A DNA stretch of 64,000 nt from an uncultured Solirubrobacteraceae bacterium (GTDB lineage Bacteria; Actinomycetota; Thermoleophilia; Solirubrobacterales; Solirubrobacteraceae): assembly GCA_963716315.1 (NCBI GenBank), contig OY970301.1:3197327-3261326 (forward strand), given 5' to 3'. Within the stretch, counting starts at the first letter, position 1. The number at the start of each line of letters is the position of its first letter. The notes below the pieces were generated by a model, which was not told the origin of the DNA, made no database searches, and saw only the letters and a list, made by a program, of their open reading frames with translations. Shown piece by piece: positions 59,966 to 64,000 of the stretch. Position numbers and translations under genes: made by a program.

Positions 59966-60487
59966 TCAGGTCACCAGTCCTGTGGGCGGCGGGGGCGGCT
60001 CGAGAATCTGACGTGGGGGAGGGCTTGGCTTGGCGCCGCCCACGTCGTGCTGGTCTCGGAACAGGCAGAGGATCTTGCCGGCCGGGCGTGCTGCGCTCGG
60101 CGCGAGCAACCCAAGCCAACGCTCAGCCGATATCTGCTCACCGACGAGCTGGTAGGCACTCCATCCGCTACCGGGAGTGGGTGGCTCGAGCCCGACGGCC
60201 GCGAGCTTCTCGTCCGTGGAGAGGTCGGCAACCTCGACGTCAACCTGCCATCTCCACAGCTCACGCGGCATCTGTGCGAGGGGCGGAATGGCACGCTCTG
60301 CAAGATGTCGATACCACTCGGCCCAAGCGGTCTCCTCGCTATCGGCCAGGTAGAGGGCGTCCACCACTCCGCCGCGCTGCCAGCGATTGTCCGGCGGCGG
60401 GTCGCGCTCGGGCAGCGGCGGCGATCCTGGGTATGTGTGCTTGACCCAGCGTCCGCGCACCGCGATCGCTGTGACGTCGAGCGGCAC
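59966..60487 (-). CDS. RES-domain toxin
   Basis: NRW..ALYLA..TAWAE..VADL..GLLAPSAA. Confidence 0.82.
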   Translation of the reverse strand: MPLDVTAIAVRGRWVKHTYPGSPPLPERDPPPDNRWQRGGVVDALYLADSEETAWAEWYRHLAERAIPPLAQMPRELWRWQVDVEVADLSTDEKLAAVGLEPPTPGSGWSAYQLVGEQISAERWLGLLAPSAARPAGKILCLFRDQHDVGGAKPSPPPRQILEPPPPPTGLVT

Positions 60488-60488
60488 G

Positions 60489-60827
60489 TCAGCTTGCGCC
60501 TGGGTCCTCGATGCCTGAGATCAGGCGCGCCACCGCGCGATAGTCGCCTTGTGCGATGCGGTCGATTGGCTTGTCGTCATCGAGCGCGGAAATGGGCTTG
60601 CTAAGCCAGACGGGAATGTAGGCAGGGCGAATAACTCGCGCGAGACGTTCGACCAACGATGAGAGCTCGGCTAGTCGCTCTGCGCGCACTCCGCTCGGCG
60701 CGCTCCTGCGCGCGAGCCATTCGCGCACCGTGCTTGGGGCCGCGCCGGTCGCTCGCGCGATCTCACGGTCGGACAGATGACCGGTGTCGTGGACGTGGAT
60801 CGCCTCTTCGGCATAAGCGAGTGTCAT
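60489..60827 (-). CDS. Xre/MbcA/ParS-type antitoxin
   Basis: HTH (IARATGAAPSTVREW) plus WLSKPISALDDDKPID. Confidence 0.82.
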   Translation of the reverse strand: MTLAYAEEAIHVHDTGHLSDREIARATGAAPSTVREWLARRSAPSGVRAERLAELSSLVERLARVIRPAYIPVWLSKPISALDDDKPIDRIAQGDYRAVARLISGIEDPGAS

Positions 60828-60913
60828 GATTCGAGGATAACATATCGGCGCTAAACCGACAAGATATCGGCACCTAGGCGGAACAGACGATTGTCACCCT
60901 CAGCAGGTCTCGG

Positions 60914-61153
60914 TCAAAGCGCAGCCTCGAACAGCTCGACCAGCCGCGCGCGGCTGTAGCTCCACTGCTTGCGGTTGCGGCTGTCGCCGGGGTGCAGCGT
61001 GTCGAGCAGCGCCTGCCCGCGGATCGTCGAGATGGCCAGCTCGATCAGCCGATCGAAGTCGGGCTGCTCGGCGACCGCCGGGAACAGCTGTCTGGTGATC
61101 GCGAGCGTCTGGCGGTCGAGTCGTCGCTCGACCGGCACCAGGCGCTCGCGCAC
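60914..61153 (-). pseudogene. C-terminal fragment of a TetR-family regulator
   Basis: RERLVPVERRL..STIRGQALL helical tail; in-frame stop just upstream, no HTH. Confidence 0.55.
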
Positions 61154-61232
61154 TGCTAGCGTCCGCGCCGAGTTTCATCCGGACCCGCGCGCTCAGGCCT
61201 GAGGTTCGACGACGACACAGGAGGACTCACCG

Positions 61233-62451
61233 ATGGCAGCGACCGACGCACTGGTCTTCGATGCGATTCGCACGCCGCGCGGCAAGGGCAAGGTCAACGG
61301 CTCGCTGCACGGCACCAAGCCGGTCGACCTGGTCGTCGGCCTGATGCACGAGACGCTCGTGCGCAACGAGAAACTCGACCCCTCGCGCGTCGACGACGTC
61401 GTGCTCGGCTGCGTCTCGCCGGTCGGTGACCAGGGCGCCGACATCGCCAAGACCGCGGCGATCAAGGCCGGCCTGCCCGACACGGTCGCCGGCGTGCAGG
61501 TCAACCGCTTCTGCGCGTCGGGCCTCGAGGCCGTCAACATCGCCGCGCAGAAGGTCGCCTCCGGCTGGGAGGACCTCGTCTTCGCCGGCGGCGTCGAGTC
61601 GATGTCGCGCGTGCCGATGGGCTCCGACGGCGGCGCCTGGGCGATGGACCCGGAGACCAACTACGACACCTCGTTCGTGCCCCAGGGCGTCAGCGCCGAC
61701 CTGATCGCGACGATCGAGGAGTTCAGCCGCGAGGACGTCGACACGTACGCCGCCCGCTCGCAGGAGCGCGCCTGGAACGCCCAGGCAGGAGGGCCGCTTC
61801 GCGAACACTGTGATCCCCGTCAAGGACATCAACGACAACGTCGTGCTCGACCACGACGAGTTCATCCGCCCGGGCACGACCGTCGAGACGCTCGGCGGCC
61901 TGAAGCCCTCGTTCGCCGCGATGGGCGAGATGGGCGGCTTCGACGCGGTCGCGCTGCAGAAGTACCACTGGGTCGAGAAGATCGAGCACGTCCACACGCC
62001 GGGCAACTCCTCGGGGATCGTCGACGGCGCCTCGCTGCTGACGATCGGCAACGAGCAGACCGGCGAGGAGCTGGGCATGAAGCCGAAGGCCCGCATCCTC
62101 GCGACGGCCCTGTCCGGGGCGGACCCGACGATCATGCTGACCGGCCCGGCGCCGGCCAGCAAGAAGGCGCTGGCGAAGGCCGGCCTGACGGTCGAGGACC
62201 TCGACCTGGTCGAGATCAACGAGGCGTTCGCGGCCGTCGTGCTGCGCTTCGTGCGCGACATGGGCCTCGACATGGAGAAGGTCAACGTCAACGGCGGCGC
62301 GATCGCGATGGGTCACCCGCTCGGCGCGACCGGGGGCATGATCCTCGGCACGCTGATCGAGGAGCTGCACCGCACCGGCGGCCGCTACGGCCTGGCCACG
62401 CTGTGCGTCGGCGGCGGCATGGGAATCGCGACCGTCGTGGAGGCGATCTGA
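61233..62451 (+). CDS. Acetyl-CoA C-acyltransferase (thiolase), frameshift near 61785
   Basis: [33 protein letters not shown]; AGGAGG SD. Confidence 0.93.
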
Positions 62452-62452
62452 G

Positions 62453-64000
62453 ATGGCTGAGAGCACAACGATTCGCTGGGAGAAGGACGAGGACGGAATC
62501 GTCCTGCTGACGCTCGACGACCCGAACCAGTCGGCCAACACGATGAACCGCGCCTACGCAGAATCGATGGCGGCGACGATCGACCGCCTCGAGGCCGAGA
62601 AGGACGAGATCACGGGCGTCGTGATCACCTCTGCGAAGAAGACCTTCTTCGCCGGCGGCGACCTCAACGACCTGAAGACGGCGACGAAGGACGACGCGCC
62701 GCAGATCGCGGAGATGATCCGCGCGGGCAAGGCGCAGCTGCGCCGCCTGGAGACGCTCGGCAAGCCGGTCGTGCGCGGCGATCAACGGCGCCGCGCTCGG
62801 CGGCGGCCTCGAGATCTGCCTGGCCACCCACCACCGCATCGCGGTCGACGACCCCAAGCGTGCAGCTGGGCTTCCCCGAGGTCCAGCTCGGCCTGCTGCC
62901 CGGCGCCGGCGGCGTCGTGCGCACGGTGCGCATGATCGGCATCGTCGACGCGCTGATGAAGCTGCTGATGCAGGGCCAGCGGCTGCGCCCGGCGCAAGGC
63001 CAAGCGAGGTCGGCATCCTCGACGAGGTCGTCGCCACGCGGGAGGAGCTCGTGCCGGCCGCGAAGGCCTGGATCAAGGCCCAGCCGAGCGAGGAGCCGAC
63101 GGTCCAGCCGTGGGACGTGAAGGGCTACAAGATCCCGGGCGGCACGCCGTCGAACCCGAAGCTCGCGCAGAACCTGCCGGCCTTCCCGGCGAACCTGCGC
63201 AAGCAGCTGAAGGGCGCCAACTACCCGGCGCCGCACCACATCATGGCCGCCGCGGTCGAGGGCGCCCAGGTCGACTTCGACACGGCGATCGAGATCGAGG
63301 GCCGCTACTTCGTCGACCTGCTCACCGGGCAGGTCTCGAAGAACATGATCCAGGCGTTCTTCTTCGACCTGCAGCAGGTCAACGGCGACCGCAACCGGCC
63401 GGAGGGCATCGAGCCGTTCAAGGCGCACGAAGGTCGTCGTGCTCGGCGCGGGCATGATGGGCGCGGCGATCTCCTACGTGTGCGCGAAAGCGGGCATCGA
63501 GGTCGTGCTCAAGGACGTCTCGCTGGAGGCGGCCGAGAAGGGCAAGGCCTACTCGCAGGGGCTGCTCGAGAAGGCGATCTCGCGCGGGCGCTCCACGCAG
63601 GAGAAGGCCGACGAGCTGCTCGCGCGGATCACGCCGACCGACGACCCGGCGGCCGCGGCGGGCGCCGACCTCGTGATCGAGGCCGTGTTCGAGGACCCGG
63701 CGGTCAAGGCGCAGGTCTTCGCCGAGATCGAGCCGCACCTCGCCGAGGGCGCGCTGCTCGGCTCGAACACCTCGACGCTGCCGATCACCGATCTGGCCGA
63801 GGGCGTCTCCCGGCCCGAGGAATTCATCGGCCTGCACTTCTTCAGCCCGGTGGACAAGATGCCGCTGCTGGAGATCATCAAGGGCGAGAAGACGAGCGAG
63901 GAGACGCTCTACCGCGCGCTCGACGTCGCCAAGCAGATCAAGAAGACGCCGATCGTCGTCAACGACAGCCGCGGCTTCTTCACGAGCCGCGTGATCGGCA
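62453..64000 (+). CDS. fadB: FadB-like enoyl-CoA hydratase/3-hydroxyacyl-CoA dehydrogenase; several indels, runs off the edge
   Basis: [50 protein letters not shown] across shifted frames. Confidence 0.88.

Overview
High-GC actinobacterial DNA, most likely Solirubrobacterales/Thermoleophilia (inferred from the style of its secreted proteins). Almost all of it is accessory island. In order: an XRE regulator (likely ImmA-type) divergent from a large serine recombinase (1-3.2 kb); an LmbU-led, dissociated FAAL/ACP/NRPS (C, A, carrier)/KAS III/TauD/MMPL/DrrAB biosynthetic cluster containing several collapsed gene relics (3.7-26 kb); chrA; a Zn-ribbon-FHA-Mrr nuclease; a five-gene double-GTPase (GAP1-N1/GASH) conflict system; nested IS1380/IS5; and a tyrosine recombinase whose stop codon lies inside a palindromic site that recurs inverted 3.6 kb away. 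The two sites flank two convergent genes, a Ddl-like ATP-grasp and an ATPase-helical protein, each starting immediately after a site. This looks like an invertible gene-choice switch and is the best candidate for an undescribed system. After it come ThrC-like and aminotransferase genes, secreted proteins including a CHAP-repeat protein, a RES-Xre toxin-antitoxin pair and core beta-oxidation genes (thiolase, FadB-like). Three related att-like direct repeats (32.5, 41.5, 52.7 kb) partition the island. Single-base indels in housekeeping genes suggest sequencing errors, so frameshift calls are tentative. All family calls come from motif recognition by eye, not database searches.
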